Shown: piece by piece, positions 49,284 through 57,945 of the stretch
Layout: the number at the start of each line of letters is the position of its first letter
Position numbering within the stretch: the first letter of the stretch is position 1
Source of the DNA: an uncultured Actinomycetes bacterium
GTDB taxonomy: Bacteria; Actinomycetota; Acidimicrobiia; Acidimicrobiales; Microtrichaceae
Assembly (NCBI GenBank): GCA_903873135.1
Contig: CAIQNH010000095.1
Coordinates: 1,327-65,326, forward strand
Direction of reading: 5' to 3'
Length of the DNA: 64,000 nt
Position numbers and translations under genes: made by a program
Notes under the pieces: generated by a model
Database searches by the model: none
What the model saw: the letters and a program-made list of their open reading frames with translations, nothing else
What the model was told of the DNA's origin: nothing

Positions 49284-49586
49284 ATGATGCGACGACGCGC
49301 AGGACGACCGGGACTCGTGGGCACGATGGCCCGCACTGCGGTGATCGCCGGGACGGCCACGGCCGTCTCGGGCGGCGTGGCCCGCCGCCAGCAGGCCAAG
49401 GCCCAGCAGGCGGCCGAGGCGCAGGCGCCCGAGCCGCAGCAGGCGGCACCCGCTCCGGCAGCGGCGCCCGAGTCGGGCACCGGGGACACCATCAGCCAGC
49501 TCAAGGAGCTCGCCGAGCTGCGGGACCAGGGCATCCTCACCGACGAGGAGTTCGCGGCCCAGAAGGCCAAGGTCCTCGGCGGCTGA
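49284..49586 (+). CDS. SHOCT domain protein
   Basis: AGGAG upstream. Gly/Ala-rich hydrophobic N-terminus, a Gln/Ala/Pro linker, then C-terminal ISQLKELAELRDQGILTDEEFAAQKAKVLG. Confidence 0.75.
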   Translation: MMRRRAGRPGLVGTMARTAVIAGTATAVSGGVARRQQAKAQQAAEAQAPEPQQAAPAPAAAPESGTGDTISQLKELAELRDQGILTDEEFAAQKAKVLGG

Positions 49587-49609
49587 GTCGGGCCGGTGGT
49601 CGCCGGGGG

Positions 49610-50020
49610 TCAGTCCCCGGTCTCGCCGGAGCGCTCCAGGTCGAGCGACGCGCTGTTCATGCAGTAGCGCAGTCCCGTCACGGCCGGGCCGTCGGGGAAG
49701 ACGTGGCCGAGGTGCGACCCACAGGACGCGCAGAGCGCCTCGGTGCGCACCATGCCGTGGGACCGGTCGACCCGCTCCTCCACCGCGTCGGGTGAGACCG
49801 GACGGGTGAAGCTCGGCCAGCCGGTGCCCGAGTCGTACTTGTCGGTCGACTCGAACAGGGGCGCTGCGCAGACCACGCACCGGTAGAGGCCGGCCTCGTG
49901 GTTGTCCCAGTAGATGCCGGTGAAGGCCCGTTCGGTGCCGGCCTCCTGGGTCACGTGCCACTGGAGGTCGTCCAGGCGGGCGCGGAGTTCGGCGTCGTCA
50001 GGTCGCGGTGCGTCGTTCAC
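49610..50020 (-). CDS. msrB: peptide-methionine (R)-S-oxide reductase
   Basis: Two CxxC pairs ([21 protein letters not shown]) and catalytic RYCMNS. Confidence 0.93.
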   Translation of the reverse strand: MNDAPRPDDAELRARLDDLQWHVTQEAGTERAFTGIYWDNHEAGLYRCVVCAAPLFESTDKYDSGTGWPSFTRPVSPDAVEERVDRSHGMVRTEALCASCGSHLGHVFPDGPAVTGLRYCMNSASLDLERSGETGD

Positions 50021-50078
50021 AGCCGCAGTCTCGCGCCCCCGGACCCGGGGTGACGAGGCCCCGTCCCAGCGGCCGGCG

Positions 50079-50873
50079 TCACAGCCCCCGTGCGAGCACG
50101 ACCACCGTCCGGTCGCGCTCGTCGCGCCGCCGGGCGGGGTCGTAGCGGAAACCCTCGGGGTGCTCCCAGTCGGCCAGGTCCTCGGGGGTGGTGCCCGGCT
50201 CGGCGAGCAGGTGGCGGACCAGTGCCCCCTTGAGCAGCTTGTTCCAGTGGGCGACGGTCACCGGGCGACCGTCTCGACCGGGTTCGACGAACTCCACGCT
50301 GACCTGTTCCAGTCCGGGCGACGGCCGCCAGGCGGCGTCGTGCTCGCGCGGCAGCAGGTTCCACACGCGGCGCCCCCGGGCGAGCGGCTCGACGGCCGCC
50401 GTCAGGGGCTCGGCCCACCGGGTCGACAGTCGACCCGACCCACCGATCGAGGCCCCCATCTTGAGCTTGTAGTCCGGAACCGGATCGCCGGGCCGGACCA
50501 CGCCCCAGAGTCCAGAGAACACCAGGACGCACGACGCCAGCCGGCGACGGGAGGCCGCAGGCAGCGAGCCGGCGTCGAGGGCGTCGTAGAGCACGCCCGT
50601 GTACCGCTGGATCGCCGGGAGCGTCGGCGCGGTCCGCACCGTCCGGTTCGCCGCCGTCGCCCGTTGGAGGGCGGCACCGCGCACCCCGAGGAGGGCGGCA
50701 CGCTCAGCCTCGGGTCGACGCATCGCTCGTTCGAGGTCGACGAGCACGCCGGATCGCACCTCGTCCAGGTCGACCGCCATCGAGCCCGGGGTCCACGCCG
50801 GGCCGCTCCCGTCGAGCGCCTTGCCCTCCGACGGCGGGAGGAGCACGAGCGGGAGCGCCGGTCGTGCGCTCAC
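50079..50873 (-). CDS. yaaA: peroxide stress protein YaaA (DUF328)
   Basis: The GTG at 50873 overlaps the upstream stop (GTGA). Motifs LLPPSEGK and [13 protein letters not shown]. Confidence 0.8.
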   Translation of the reverse strand: MSARPALPLVLLPPSEGKALDGSGPAWTPGSMAVDLDEVRSGVLVDLERAMRRPEAERAALLGVRGAALQRATAANRTVRTAPTLPAIQRYTGVLYDALDAGSLPAASRRRLASCVLVFSGLWGVVRPGDPVPDYKLKMGASIGGSGRLSTRWAEPLTAAVEPLARGRRVWNLLPREHDAAWRPSPGLEQVSVEFVEPGRDGRPVTVAHWNKLLKGALVRHLLAEPGTTPEDLADWEHPEGFRYDPARRRDERDRTVVVLARGL

Positions 50874-52006
50874 GGCGAGGGCCTCGCGGCCATGGTGTCG
50901 GCGGCCACGAACAGCGGCGTCGCGTCGACGAACTCGAAGTCCTCGGAGGTCAGGGTGGACAGCGTCGCCAGGTCGTCGTCGTCCCAGCGGGCGTCCGGGG
51001 TGCCCCGCATGGCGAAGCGTCCGCCGGTGTCGGAGACCACGAGCCCGTGTCGCTGCAGCGCCCGGGCGACGACCTGCGACTGGGGCCCGAGCCGGGAGAC
51101 GTCGGCGTCGGCGCGCAGGCGCATCCACGCCCCCATGGGCGGCGGGTCCTCACCGGCGACCCGCCCGTCGGTGCGGCGCGCCGGCCAGAGGAACCCCTCG
51201 GTGCGGATCACCGGCGTGGTGCCCAGGACGACGTGGTCGACGGAGCCGGACGCGACCTCGTCGTACGTGATCGTTCCCGGCAGGAGCGGCAGACCCGACG
51301 CCGTGGTCGTGCCGTCGGAGTAGCGCAGGTCGTCGAGGTCCCACACGGCGCCGGAGTCGGCCTCCCAGCGCCCGAACCAGCGCCGGAGGGCGATGAGCTC
51401 CCACGAGGTGTTGGTCTCCGGGTCGTAGCCGACGTAGTGGTTGTCGATCCCGTAGGACGGCATGGACTTGATGTAGGCGGGGTCCGTGATCGGGTACGGG
51501 CCGGGCGACGAGAGCTGGGGGTACCGGACGATGTCCACGTCGTAGCGGGGCGTGTCGGCGCGCACCACGTTGAACGGGATCCCGTAGACCACCCCGAGGG
51601 TCGTGCGGCCCTCGAACCCGGGGACGAGCTCGAGCGGCCGACCGGCGTCGTCGCGCTGCGAGGCGATCCACCGGTCGCTGGACGCCGCCACGGGCAGCCG
51701 CTCCACCGTGGCGTTGAAGAACGACTCGGGAGGGACCAGGTCGCCCAGCGGGGGGAACTCCGGGGTGCGGAACGGCAGCGGACGGTTCGCCACCACCATC
51801 GGCACTCCGAGCAGCAGCAGGACGCACCCGACGACGAGCCCCGGTGACCACCAGCCGGCCGACGGATCCCGACGACGTCGCCGCCACCGGAGCACCGCGG
51901 CGACGACCAGCACGACCACGGCGGCGACGAGCAACCAGACGCCGAGCACCAGCACGAACTGGTCGGAGCCGGGCAACCGCATCGGCGGACCGTCGACGTC
52001 GCCCAC
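50870..52006 (-). CDS. hypothetical membrane-anchored protein with a large extracytoplasmic domain
   Basis: 378 aa. Two N-terminal TM helices separated by RWRRRRRD. High GC3 throughout. I recognise no motif. Confidence 0.6.
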   Translation of the reverse strand: MGDVDGPPMRLPGSDQFVLVLGVWLLVAAVVVLVVAAVLRWRRRRRDPSAGWWSPGLVVGCVLLLLGVPMVVANRPLPFRTPEFPPLGDLVPPESFFNATVERLPVAASSDRWIASQRDDAGRPLELVPGFEGRTTLGVVYGIPFNVVRADTPRYDVDIVRYPQLSSPGPYPITDPAYIKSMPSYGIDNHYVGYDPETNTSWELIALRRWFGRWEADSGAVWDLDDLRYSDGTTTASGLPLLPGTITYDEVASGSVDHVVLGTTPVIRTEGFLWPARRTDGRVAGEDPPPMGAWMRLRADADVSRLGPQSQVVARALQRHGLVVSDTGGRFAMRGTPDARWDDDDLATLSTLTSEDFEFVDATPLFVAADTMAARPSP

Positions 52007-52051
52007 GGCCGGACCCTAGCCCCGACCGTCGCGTCGTCCGGAGCGCCGGGC

Positions 52052-52723
52052 TCAGCTGACGGCGGCCCCGGCACCGGTCGTGACGGGAGCGACCCGCAGG
52101 TGCGGCCAGGGGAGCTGGTCCATGTAGGACCACGAGCGGCGGTGGATCGCCGTGGGCCCGTAGCCGGCCAGGGCCAGTCGGTGTCGGGGACTCGGGTAAC
52201 CCTTGTTCCGCTCGAACTCGAACGCCGGGTACGACGGGGCGTCCGCTCGCATGATCCGGTCGCGGGTGACCTTGGCGACCACGCTCGCCGCGGCGATCGA
52301 CCGACAGCTCGCGTCCCCGCGCACGACGGTCACCACCCGGTCGTCACCGAGGAAGTCCCAGGAACCGTCGAGCAGGATCCGGTCGACCTCGACGCCCAGT
52401 CCGTCGAGCGCGCGCCAGCCCGCGAGCCGCATGGCGGCCGACATGCCGAGCGCATCGCACTCGAGGGGACTCACGTGGCCGACCGAGACGTGCGCGCACC
52501 ACGCCGTGATGCGGTCGAACAGCTCCTCCCGGCGGCTCTCGGTGAGCTGCTTGGAGTCCCGGATGCCGTTCACCCGACCGGCTGCGGGCACCACCACGGC
52601 AGCGATGGTCAACGGACCCGCCCAGGCGCCCCGGCCGACCTCGTCGAGCCCGGCGACGACGCCGTGACCCGCGGACCACAGCTCCCGCTCGAGGGAGAGG
52701 TCGGGGACCGGAGGTCTCGGCAC
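52052..52723 (-). CDS. rnhB: ribonuclease HII
   Basis: Motifs GLDEVGRGAWAGPL and DSKQLT. A TACGTT hexamer (52737->52732) lies 8 nt upstream of the GTG. Confidence 0.92.
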   Translation of the reverse strand: MPRPPVPDLSLERELWSAGHGVVAGLDEVGRGAWAGPLTIAAVVVPAAGRVNGIRDSKQLTESRREELFDRITAWCAHVSVGHVSPLECDALGMSAAMRLAGWRALDGLGVEVDRILLDGSWDFLGDDRVVTVVRGDASCRSIAAASVVAKVTRDRIMRADAPSYPAFEFERNKGYPSPRHRLALAGYGPTAIHRRSWSYMDQLPWPHLRVAPVTTGAGAAVS

Positions 52724-52930
52724 GCCCTCCGAACGTAGCGGCCACGGATCGCGCGAGTGCCGACCTCGACGGGCCGGTCATCCCACGCTGGGTGGTGGAG
52801 TTGACGAGCAGAGTGAAAATCTGCTGGATTTTCCCGAGCGGGCCGCGTACACATCCACCAGTGGATCGGCGAGGATGCCCGCTGACCACGACGAGCACCA
52901 CGAACGGGACAGGGAACGGAGCGAGGCGAC

Positions 52931-53188
52931 GTGCGGCTGGGAGCGAGCAACCGGGGAACGGGGGCCAACTGGCCCGGCGTCGAGCCCGCTGTCGTCGCCG
53001 ACCCGACCTCCGAGCTCGTCGTCGACGGCCTGGTCGAGGTCAGGAACCGCTTCGACGACTCCTGGACGACCGGCTTCGCCGTGACCGCCGTGCGGGCCGA
53101 GGACTGCCAGATCCGCCGGGTCACCGACGACTCGCCGCTCCCGGTCTGGTTCCCGCTCGAGGACGTCCGGCCCAGCCCGGCCGCCTGA
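52931..53188 (+). CDS. small hypothetical protein (85 aa)
   Basis: GC3 is very high from about codon 15 onward, with GGAGCGAGG upstream of the GTG. I see no recognisable family, so the N-terminal boundary is uncertain. Confidence 0.4.
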   Translation: MRLGASNRGTGANWPGVEPAVVADPTSELVVDGLVEVRNRFDDSWTTGFAVTAVRAEDCQIRRVTDDSPLPVWFPLEDVRPSPAA

Positions 53189-53243
53189 GCCCTCCGTCGC
53201 CGACCACCGCCCGCTCCGGACGCTGCGTCGGCGGAGCCGCACC

Positions 53244-53249
53244 TATGCT
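53244..53249 (+). promoter_or_regulatory. -10 hexamer TATGCT for leaderless P450 gene
   Basis: TATGCT, then 6 nt (CACGCC), then the GTG start of ORF 53256. Coordinates are set relative to the ORF-track start. Confidence 0.4.
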
Positions 53250-53255
53250 CACGCC

Positions 53256-54518
53256 GTGACCGACCCGCACGCCGCGCTGGACCCGGCCGAGGCCGACCTG
53301 TTGCTGGCCTCGACGATCATGACCGACGAGGGCCGTCAGGACCCCTACCCCGCCTACGCCCGCCTGCGCGCGGGTGGGGGCCGGTGGACGAGCGGGTTCG
53401 GTGCCGTCGGACTCGCCGGGTACGAGGACTGCACCACCGTCCTGCGCAACCCGGCGCTCGGTCGTCCCGAGGCGGACATGGAGATGCCCGAGGGCATCGG
53501 TGGACGGCAGCGCCGGACGGGCGAGGACACCTCGACGATGCTCATGCTGAACCCGCCCGACCACACCCGGATCCGGAGCCTGGTGAGCCGGGCGTTCACC
53601 CCGCGCCGGGTCGAGGCGCTCAGGCCGGAGATCGACGACCTCCTCCGGCCGATCGTGGACCGACTCGTCGAGCAGGGCGGCGGGGACGTGATCGCCGAGC
53701 TCGCCATCCCGTTCCCGGTCGCAGTCATCAGCGAACTGCTCGGCGTCCCGCGGGACGGCAACGAGCACATCCAGCCGCTCGTGCGGGCCATCACGGCCTT
53801 CATCGACCCGGCGTCGAGCCCCGAGGCGATCGCGGAGGCCGAGGTCGCCGGCATGGAGCTGGCGGCCTACTTCACCGAGCTCATCGACGAGAAGCGGGCC
53901 CGGCCCGACGACCGGCTGCTCTCGGCGCTGATCGAGGTCGAGGAGTCGGGCGACCGACTCACGACCGACGAGCTGCTCGCCAACACCCTCCTCCTCTACG
54001 CCGCCGGGTTCGAGACGACGTCGAACCTGATCGGCAACGGGCTCCGCCTCCTCATCCTCCACCCCGACCAGTGGGGGCTCCTCCGGGACGACCGCACCCT
54101 GCTCCCCTCGGCGATCGTCGAGATCCTGCGGGCGGACTCCCCCGTGCAGCTCAACAACCGGGTCGCGCTCGAGGAGGTCGAACTGTTCGGCCAGCACTGG
54201 AGCAGGGGGGCGTCGTTCATCGTGCTCCAGGGGTCGGGCAACCACGACGAACGCATCTACGACGATCCCGGCCGCTTCGACGTGACCCGGTTCACCGGTG
54301 ACGCTCCCCCACCGCTCAGCTTCGGCTACGGCGCCCACCACTGCCTGGGCGCGCACCTGGCCCGCGCCGAGGGCGAGCTCGCGTTCGCTGCGCTGCTGGA
54401 CCACTTCGCCGAGTTCCACGTCGACGACCCCGAGGGCCTGGGACTCCCTCGCTACCGACCGAGCTTCACCCTGCGGGGACTCGAGTCGCTGCCGGTCGTG
54501 GCCGTCCCGGCCGCCTGA
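53256..54518 (+). CDS. cytochrome P450
   Basis: Heme loop FGYGAHHCLGAHLA, I-helix AGFETT and an ExxR region. Confidence 0.93.
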   Translation: MTDPHAALDPAEADLLLASTIMTDEGRQDPYPAYARLRAGGGRWTSGFGAVGLAGYEDCTTVLRNPALGRPEADMEMPEGIGGRQRRTGEDTSTMLMLNPPDHTRIRSLVSRAFTPRRVEALRPEIDDLLRPIVDRLVEQGGGDVIAELAIPFPVAVISELLGVPRDGNEHIQPLVRAITAFIDPASSPEAIAEAEVAGMELAAYFTELIDEKRARPDDRLLSALIEVEESGDRLTTDELLANTLLLYAAGFETTSNLIGNGLRLLILHPDQWGLLRDDRTLLPSAIVEILRADSPVQLNNRVALEEVELFGQHWSRGASFIVLQGSGNHDERIYDDPGRFDVTRFTGDAPPPLSFGYGAHHCLGAHLARAEGELAFAALLDHFAEFHVDDPEGLGLPRYRPSFTLRGLESLPVVAVPAA

Positions 54519-54533
54519 CGCCGGCGCTGACGC

Positions 54534-56240
54534 TCAGCTGAACGATCCTGCCGACGGGTCGTCCCCGGCGGTGGAGCGCACCACCGGACCGGTCCCGGTC
54601 GCACCGAGGAGCGCCTCACCCGACCAACCGGTTCCGGTCCAGTCGGGATCCAGGACCGGTGCCCGCAGCGTGGGCGCCGGCTCGACCCCCAGCCCGGGAG
54701 CCGGTTCCACCTCCCAGAGCAGCGCCGGTCGCTCGCCGTGCCAGCGCAACGACCACGACACCAGTCCCCACGCCGAGCGGACGTCCCGGACGTCGAGGGG
54801 GAGACCCCGGGTCGACTCCGGGACCACCGGGAGGACCGACAGGCCGTCGGCGCTGTCGACCACCGTGCTCCGGAGCACCTCGACGACGAACTCCGCCACC
54901 GGCGTGGCGTCCCCACCGAGCACCTGCGGCCCGCTGCGTGAGGTCGACCCGGTCCCCGCCACGGTCCCCGCCACGGTCCCCGCCACGGTGACGGCGTCCG
55001 CCGCCACCTCCGGCTGGCCGACGGTGACCAGACCCGGCGCCACGGCCCGCAGCGCCGCCGCTGCAGCGGCCGCACCGACCTCGGCCACCGCCGACGGTCG
55101 CCGCGCCAGCCTGCGGATCGCCACGGCGGCCGGGGCGACCAGTTCGTCGGCGTGCTGGTGGGCGGTCGGGCCGCCCAGCACACCGGCCACCGCCCACAAC
55201 AGCGCGACGCTCCCGTCGGTGCCGTCGCCCAGCCGGCAGGCGCCGCCGAGCCGCTGGGCCAACGCCAGCGCACGCGCCACCGGGGGCAGCAGGTCCACCG
55301 CCCCGGTCCGGGCCGCCGCCTCGCAGACCAGTGCGGCCCGCACCGAGTCGCTCGTCCCGTCACCCCGACGGCGGCGACGCAGCGTGTCGGCCACCACGTC
55401 CTGGGCACACAGCAGCAGCGTGGCGCACGCCGCACGGAACGCCGAGGTGCGGGCCGGGTCACCCAGGTCGAGCGAGGCGAGCCGGTCGAGGTGCGTGTCC
55501 CAGCCGGCCGTCACGTCATCGAGCGAGGGTGAGCTCCACGGCCCCTCCCCTCCCGGGCCGGCGCCCACGAGCACCCGCACCGTCGCGGCGTGGGCGAGCG
55601 GCACCACCACGGCCACCTCGGCCCGACCGTCCCGGTCCTCGGTGGCCAGCGGAGGCGTCCGGTCGTCGGCCTCGGCGAGACGGGTCGCCACCGAGCCACC
55701 CGGCGGGTCGGCGACGCAGCGTCCCACCACCGCCCGGGCGATCGGACGGTCCACCCGGAGCGCCACCGCACCGTCGATCTCCACGGTCGAACCGTGCACC
55801 CGGGCGGCCACCACCCGGCCGCCACCGTCGGATCGGACGGGTCGCAGCACCAGCGCCAGCGCGACGGGCACCGCCGAGAGGTTCTCGAACTCGACGAGCA
55901 CGCCGGGGCCCACCTCGGTGCCCGAGGTCGCGACGACGCCACCCGTCCGGGCGACCACGTCGCCACCCGGGACCCGGACGGCCGTGTGCACCAGCGGCGC
56001 GTCGCCGAGCGACCGCTGCCGCACGGCCGCCTCGACCGACGGGTGGTGCCAGCGGTCCTCGGCGCCGATCCACCAGTCGAGCGTCCACGTCGTGCCAACC
56101 GGCTCCACCGCCCCGGCGGCGTCCACGAGCGCCAGGACCCCGGCGTCGATGGTCCCCACCGGGGTGGTCACCCCGCCGGGTGCACGCAGGAACGGCTCGG
56201 AGCAGCGGGGACGCACGACCGGCAGGCTACGGCCGACCAC
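54534..56240 (-). CDS. hypothetical 568 aa protein (beta-rich N-terminal half, helical C-terminal half)
   Basis: Long ORF with consistent high-GC3 coding bias, convergent with the P450 gene. No motif I can name. Contains the VAGT x3 repeat. Confidence 0.55.
   Translation of the reverse strand: MVGRSLPVVRPRCSEPFLRAPGGVTTPVGTIDAGVLALVDAAGAVEPVGTTWTLDWWIGAEDRWHHPSVEAAVRQRSLGDAPLVHTAVRVPGGDVVARTGGVVATSGTEVGPGVLVEFENLSAVPVALALVLRPVRSDGGGRVVAARVHGSTVEIDGAVALRVDRPIARAVVGRCVADPPGGSVATRLAEADDRTPPLATEDRDGRAEVAVVVPLAHAATVRVLVGAGPGGEGPWSSPSLDDVTAGWDTHLDRLASLDLGDPARTSAFRAACATLLLCAQDVVADTLRRRRRGDGTSDSVRAALVCEAAARTGAVDLLPPVARALALAQRLGGACRLGDGTDGSVALLWAVAGVLGGPTAHQHADELVAPAAVAIRRLARRPSAVAEVGAAAAAAALRAVAPGLVTVGQPEVAADAVTVAGTVAGTVAGTGSTSRSGPQVLGGDATPVAEFVVEVLRSTVVDSADGLSVLPVVPESTRGLPLDVRDVRSAWGLVSWSLRWHGERPALLWEVEPAPGLGVEPAPTLRAPVLDPDWTGTGWSGEALLGATGTGPVVRSTAGDDPSAGSFS
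54951..54986 (-). repeat. three perfect 12-nt tandem copies (GGTCCCCGCCAC on the plus strand) encoding VAGT-VAGT-VAGT
   Basis: Read directly; in frame with ORF 54534..56240. Confidence 0.85.
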
Positions 56241-56274
56241 GGGAGGCGGCGAAGTCCGCGACCACGGACCCCGC

Positions 56275-57285
56275 TCAGTACGAGAGGCTGGAGAACTCGA
56301 CGCCGCCGACCTGCCGACGGATCAGGCCCCGGTAGGCGTCGGCCGCCGATCGACCCTCGTGGCACACCGCGAAGACCTCGGAGGAGATGGCCATCTCCAC
56401 CCCGTACTCGGCGGCCAGCTCCATCACGACCCGGGAGGTCTTGACCCCCTCGGCGACCATGTTCATCTCGGCGATGATCTCGTCGATCGTCCGGCCCCGG
56501 CCCAGCTCCTCGCCCACGAACCGGTTGCGGGACTGGACCGACATGCACGTGGCGATCAGGTCCCCCATGCCGGCGAGCCCCGAGAAGGTGGCGAAGCTGC
56601 CGCCCATGGCCTCACCCAGGCGCGACAGCTCCGCGAGTCCCCGCGTGATGACCGCCGCCTTGGTGTTGTCCCCCGCACCGAGGCCGTCGGCCATGCCGGC
56701 GGCGATGGCGATCACGTTCTTGAGCGCACCGGCGACCTCGCAGCCCGTCACGTCAGGGTTGACGTACACCCGGAAGAGGTTCTGGTGGAAGATGCGCTGC
56801 AGGTGCTGGGCGACGACCGGGTCGGGGCTGGCGATGACCGCCGCGGCCGCGTCGCCGGCGAGGATCTCCTTGGCCAGGTTCGGACCGGTGAGCACCGCGG
56901 CCGGGTGGCCCGGCAGGACCTCGTTGACGATCTGGGTCATGCGGAGGCGCGTCCCCTGCTCGAAGCCCTTGGTGAGCGACAGCACCGGCACCCACGCCCG
57001 CACGTGCTCGGCACAGGCCTCGAGCGCGCTCCGGAAGCCGAGGGACGGGACGCCCATCACGAGCACGTCGGCGGACGAGACCGCCTCCGCCAGGTCCGCT
57101 GTGGCCCGCAGGTTCTCGTGGAGCTGGTGACCCGGGAGGTACCGCTCGTTCGTGTGCGCCGAGTTGACCTCGTCGGCCAGGTCCTCCCGCCGCGCCCACA
57201 GGAGCGTGGGGACGTGGTGGGCGGCGAGGTGGGCCACCGTGGTGCCCCACGAACCACCTCCGATGACGGCGACACGGATCCGCAT
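56275..57285 (-). CDS. gpsA: NAD(P)H-dependent glycerol-3-phosphate dehydrogenase
   Basis: In-frame ATG at 57285 (MRIRVAVIGGGSWGT). Motif GALKNVIAIAAG. Confidence 0.93.
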   Translation of the reverse strand: MRIRVAVIGGGSWGTTVAHLAAHHVPTLLWARREDLADEVNSAHTNERYLPGHQLHENLRATADLAEAVSSADVLVMGVPSLGFRSALEACAEHVRAWVPVLSLTKGFEQGTRLRMTQIVNEVLPGHPAAVLTGPNLAKEILAGDAAAAVIASPDPVVAQHLQRIFHQNLFRVYVNPDVTGCEVAGALKNVIAIAAGMADGLGAGDNTKAAVITRGLAELSRLGEAMGGSFATFSGLAGMGDLIATCMSVQSRNRFVGEELGRGRTIDEIIAEMNMVAEGVKTSRVVMELAAEYGVEMAISSEVFAVCHEGRSAADAYRGLIRRQVGGVEFSSLSY

Positions 57286-57293
57286 GGCCCGGA

Positions 57294-57303
57294 ACCCTAC
57301 GCT
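57294..57303. promoter_or_regulatory. overlapping divergent -10 hexamers for gpsA and the cofC-like gene
   Basis: Minus strand: TAGGGT (57299->57294) is 8 nt from the gpsA ATG. Plus strand: TACGCT (57298-57303) is 7 nt from the GTG at 57311. The two hexamers share the central TA. Confidence 0.4.
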
Positions 57304-57310
57304 GCACCCC

Positions 57311-57943
57311 GTGGACGTGCCCGGTGAGCCCGCAACTGGCCCGTCGGGTCCGGACCACGTGCTGGTCGTCCCGGTGAAGTCCTTCCGGACGGCCAAGTCC
57401 CGTCTGGACGGGGCGCTCCCCGAGCCCGACCGCCGGCGCCTGGCCCGCCGGCTCGCCGACGGCGTGCTCGAGGCCGGGCGGGGTTGGCACCGGGTGGTGG
57501 TGACCCGGGACGACGAGGTGGCCCGGTGGGCCGCCGACGCCGGCGCCGAGGTGCTCCGGACCGACCGGCAGGGGCTGGTCGACGAGGTGCAGCGCGCGCA
57601 CGAGGTCTGCCTCGAGCGGGGCACACCCCGCGTCACCGTCGTCCCCGGTGACCTGGCCCGACCGGCCCGACTCGCCGAGGTGCTCGACGACGCGCTCGTG
57701 GACGCCCCCGGGACGGCGGTCATCGTCCCCGACCGGCGCGGCGACGGCACCAACGTCCTGTCGCTGCCGAGCGCACCGGGGTTCCGGTTCCGCTACGGGC
57801 CGGGGTCGGCCGAGGCGCACCGGGCCGAGGCGGTGCGCCTCGGACTGCGGGTGGTCGTGGTGGCCGACGCCGACCTGGGGTGGGACGTCGACGTCCCCGA
57901 CGACCTCGTCGGTCTCGGCCCCGACCCGGGTGCCACACTCTGA
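57311..57943 (+). CDS. cofC: 2-phospho-L-lactate (or PEP) guanylyltransferase, F420 biosynthesis
   Basis: Motifs VLVVPVKSFRTAKSRL and GDGTNVL. Candidate starts are ATG 57284, GTG 57311 and GTG 57359. I prefer 57311 because of the -10 hexamer spacing. Confidence 0.75.
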   Translation: MDVPGEPATGPSGPDHVLVVPVKSFRTAKSRLDGALPEPDRRRLARRLADGVLEAGRGWHRVVVTRDDEVARWAADAGAEVLRTDRQGLVDEVQRAHEVCLERGTPRVTVVPGDLARPARLAEVLDDALVDAPGTAVIVPDRRGDGTNVLSLPSAPGFRFRYGPGSAEAHRAEAVRLGLRVVVVADADLGWDVDVPDDLVGLGPDPGATL

Positions 57944-57945
57944 CC

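Noticed and set aside
43950-49600. A genomic island integrated at tRNA-Gly.
   Set aside because: I saw no integrase or recombinase, no direct repeat of the tRNA 3' end downstream, and no evident drop in GC. The genes look accessory, but mobile-element boundaries cannot be supported from the sequence.
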